A stretch of 64,000 nucleotides of DNA from an uncultured Gammaproteobacteria bacterium (GTDB taxonomy: Bacteria > Patescibacteriota > Patescibacteriia > UBA9934 > GWF2-40-263). This document shows, piece after piece, positions 61,992 to 64,000 of the stretch. How positions within the stretch are numbered: position 1 is the first letter of the stretch; the number at the start of each line of letters is the position of its first letter. The notes beneath the pieces are model-generated. The model worked only from the letters and a program-made list of their open reading frames with translations. It did not search any database and was not told where the DNA came from. Location of the stretch: contig CAYOCD010000001.1 of the NCBI GenBank assembly GCA_964402425.1, positions 163,442 through 227,441 of the forward strand. The letters are read 5' to 3'. Made by a program: the position numbers and the translations under genes.

Positions 61992-62627
61992 TTGAAAGAA
62001 GAATGCAACGAACAAAAACCACGGACAATCCTCTACAGCGGGAGTTTTGATCCTCCGGGATATCACAACACAGCAACAGCAAAAGCTCTCGCAGATTTTG
62101 CATCGGAAAATGACGTCGTTTGGATTCTTCCTTACGGAGGTCGTCCGAAAAAAAACGGAATCTCGAAATGGCAGGATCGCAGAGAGATGATTCTCCGTGC
62201 GCTGTGTGGATCCAAAAAAACCATTCTGGATTTCATGGATCTCAAACACAGAGAAATGACACCGAACATTGATATGGACCGACGCTTTCGAGACAGACAG
62301 CCGAACCGTGAGGTGTGGCATGTAATCGGAGCGAATATGATTGTGGGTGGAGCAAAGAAACAGTCGAAGATTCATCAGAGGTGGAAAGAGGGACCTTGGG
62401 TCTTTGACCACTTGAACTTCATTATTCTTGTAACACCAAATTCACCAATCAACAAAGAAGACCTTCCTCCGCGCCACAATATCCTGAGAGTGAACACTCA
62501 AGGGACAAGTCAGGAAATTCGGAATCGGGTATCGCGCGGCGAACCGATCGATCATCTTGTTCCTTCGAACGTACTTTCGTACATTCAGGAACACAAACTG
62601 TACTTTCCCAACTCTGCAGAGACCTAA
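61992..62627 (+). CDS. nadD: Nicotinate/nicotinamide-nucleotide adenylyltransferase-like protein
   Basis: YSGSFDPPGYHN (divergent HxGH), VWILP, DRREM, VIGA, TSQEIRNR...V..YI..H.LY; TTG start with SD. Confidence 0.78.
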   Translation: MKEECNEQKPRTILYSGSFDPPGYHNTATAKALADFASENDVVWILPYGGRPKKNGISKWQDRREMILRALCGSKKTILDFMDLKHREMTPNIDMDRRFRDRQPNREVWHVIGANMIVGGAKKQSKIHQRWKEGPWVFDHLNFIILVTPNSPINKEDLPPRHNILRVNTQGTSQEIRNRVSRGEPIDHLVPSNVLSYIQEHKLYFPNSAET

Positions 62628-62637
62628 AAAAATCTCT

Positions 62638-62699
62638 GCCTTTTTCTCAAGCGCCCCAAATGCTGGGACGCTTCAATCAAAAGCTCAGAACACAAGGAG
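62638..62699 (+). ncRNA. Candidate cis-regulatory RNA motif, copy 2 (leader of first SLOG gene)
   Basis: Second copy of the 61924 motif, directly before SD AAGGAG. Confidence 0.5.
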
Positions 62700-62704
62700 A
62701 CTCG

Positions 62705-63478
62705 ATGTCTATCATCATTCCTTCCCTGTTCATAAAGAACCAAGGAGATCAGTCAGTGAAGATCGCTCTGAAGCTGACGACCGCTCGGCAACGAGTTGTT
62801 GTACGGATCACGGGTGGATGCGGATATATGTCTGACGAAGACACGCAAGATTTTCTCTCGCTCTTCGCGGAAGCGTTCTCTGGTTTTGCGGGCGCCATGC
62901 TCTTTGGTGGCACACGCATGATCGAGAAAGAAAACGCTTCAAGAATTGTCCCCGGGATCACCGAGATTCCGTCGCACATTCGCGAGCGTTGTCCAGAAAT
63001 GGTTTCGCTTGGAGTCGTTCCAAGAACCTCTGACATTAAAATCACAGAACACGGACTCGTGGTTTCGGAGAGTGATGAGGATGCGTATCGCACCATCATT
63101 CATCCAAGCCAAGACATGTGCCTGCTGGTTCAAGTGTCTCCGGATCAACCGGCCATTTGGGATGCCGAGTTCGAAGAGTGCCTTCAGATCACGCGCGACC
63201 TGCGCGAGTTCGCGGAGTTCAAGTCACTACTCGTTGTTTACAACGGTGGTGGCGTGACCGAACGCGAACTTCTTGCAACAGCAAAACAGGGCTGGCCGAT
63301 TCTGCTCATCAAGGGCAGCGGCCGCATCGCGGATGCGTACGCAGCGAACACGAAGTTCCTTGCCGCACACCCAAATGTTCGCGTCGCAGAAAAAGATTCT
63401 GACGACATCAGGCAACATCTCATTTCATTCGGGATGCTTCCCCCGGAGAAACTGCGTCTCGTGAAATCACGGGCGTAG
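62705..63478 (+). CDS. SLOG-superfamily protein, TRPM/LSDAT-like
   Basis: VRITGGC, MLFGGT, LGVVP, VYNGG.VT..E, PILLIKGSGRIAD: the motif series of TRPM-type SLOG domains. Confidence 0.7.
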   Translation: MSIIIPSLFIKNQGDQSVKIALKLTTARQRVVVRITGGCGYMSDEDTQDFLSLFAEAFSGFAGAMLFGGTRMIEKENASRIVPGITEIPSHIRERCPEMVSLGVVPRTSDIKITEHGLVVSESDEDAYRTIIHPSQDMCLLVQVSPDQPAIWDAEFEECLQITRDLREFAEFKSLLVVYNGGGVTERELLATAKQGWPILLIKGSGRIADAYAANTKFLAAHPNVRVAEKDSDDIRQHLISFGMLPPEKLRLVKSRA

Positions 63479-63503
63479 AAAATCAGGAAGTACGTTGGTG
63501 ATC

Positions 63504-64000
63504 ATGACAACGACAGCCAGAACCGTAACAGGGGCAGGTGGGAAAACTTACCTGCTTATCCAAGACAAGCGTGATCAAATCCCCACAACGTTCGCCCTCA
63601 TGGCAACGCGTGCGGGAGAGAAAGTATGTTTGCGCATCAGTGGCGGATGCAAAGGAATGGATGGTGATGATAAGCGTGCCATGATCGGCTTTTTCCTGAT
63701 GGCCCTCGAAGGCTTCAAGGGAATGATCTGGTCGGGTGGCACACGTCAGTTCGACAAAGACATCGTTCTTGACCCCATGGTCACGGACATTCCCGGTTTC
63801 ATCGCAGCCTCAAATCCCGAATGTGTTGCACTCGGCTCCGCTCCGCGTACGGACGTCTTGCGCCTCACGGGCGAATCACATCTGATGCTCGACGATTACG
63901 GCACCGCGCCGAATCCGGCCATGAATGCAATTCTGCTTGTGCAGGATGGTGCGGAAGGCAAACTCGACTGGGACGGCGATCTGAATGCCGCCTTCGAACT
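63504..64000 (+). CDS. Second SLOG (TRPM/LSDAT-like) paralog, truncated by window edge
   Basis: Manual translation MTTTARTV...LRISGGCKGM...IWSGGTR...PMVTDIP...ALGSAPRT...LLVQ...WDGD aligns motif by motif with 62705-63478. Confidence 0.7.
   Translation, partial: MTTTARTVTGAGGKTYLLIQDKRDQIPTTFALMATRAGEKVCLRISGGCKGMDGDDKRAMIGFFLMALEGFKGMIWSGGTRQFDKDIVLDPMVTDIPGFIAASNPECVALGSAPRTDVLRLTGESHLMLDDYGTAPNPAMNAILLVQDGAEGKLDWDGDLNAAFE

Noticed and set aside
61924-62699. Integron attC sites between the NAD genes
   Set aside because: No RYYYAAC/GTTRRRY ends and no integrase seen; the motif is tied to the SD of the downstream gene.
1-64000. Alternative genetic code (UGA = Gly)
   Set aside because: Core genes translate at full length under code 11 and TGA ends genes such as recO, scpB and rplW-adjacent ORFs in normal ATGA overlaps.

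Overview
64 kb of mostly core chromosome from a Patescibacteria (CPR) bacterium. The lineage is inferred from the missing rpmD/uL30 between rpsE and rplO, a GAD-less AspRS and the CPR-style gene order; genetic code 11. It holds the rpsL-rpsG-fusA, tuf-rpsJ and S10-spc ribosomal cluster through secY-adk-map, plus hisS, aspS, asnS, topA, dprA, pth, der, rel, parAB, scpAB, recO, yqgF, murA, lepB, pilD and three tRNAs. Several self-contained accessory genes are interspersed. The best candidate for an undescribed system is at the right end (60045-64000, truncated by the window edge): an NrtR-controlled NAD-salvage locus (nrtR, pncA, divergent nadD) that continues into two tandem TRPM-type SLOG paralogs. 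A 55-nt intergenic motif with a covarying hairpin is repeated in front of the ribosome-binding sites of nadD and the first SLOG gene, making it a candidate riboswitch or cis-regulatory RNA. Other notable items: a stand-alone homolog of the plant CER1/CER3 (WAX2) C-terminal reductase domain, a probable orphan DGR target gene with a downstream hairpin, two related 127-bp hairpin elements that sandwich tRNA-Met, a multi-zinc-ribbon repeat protein, a GC-rich HrpA-like helicase and a Cys-to-Asp MurA. All calls come from reading motifs by eye; no database search was run.
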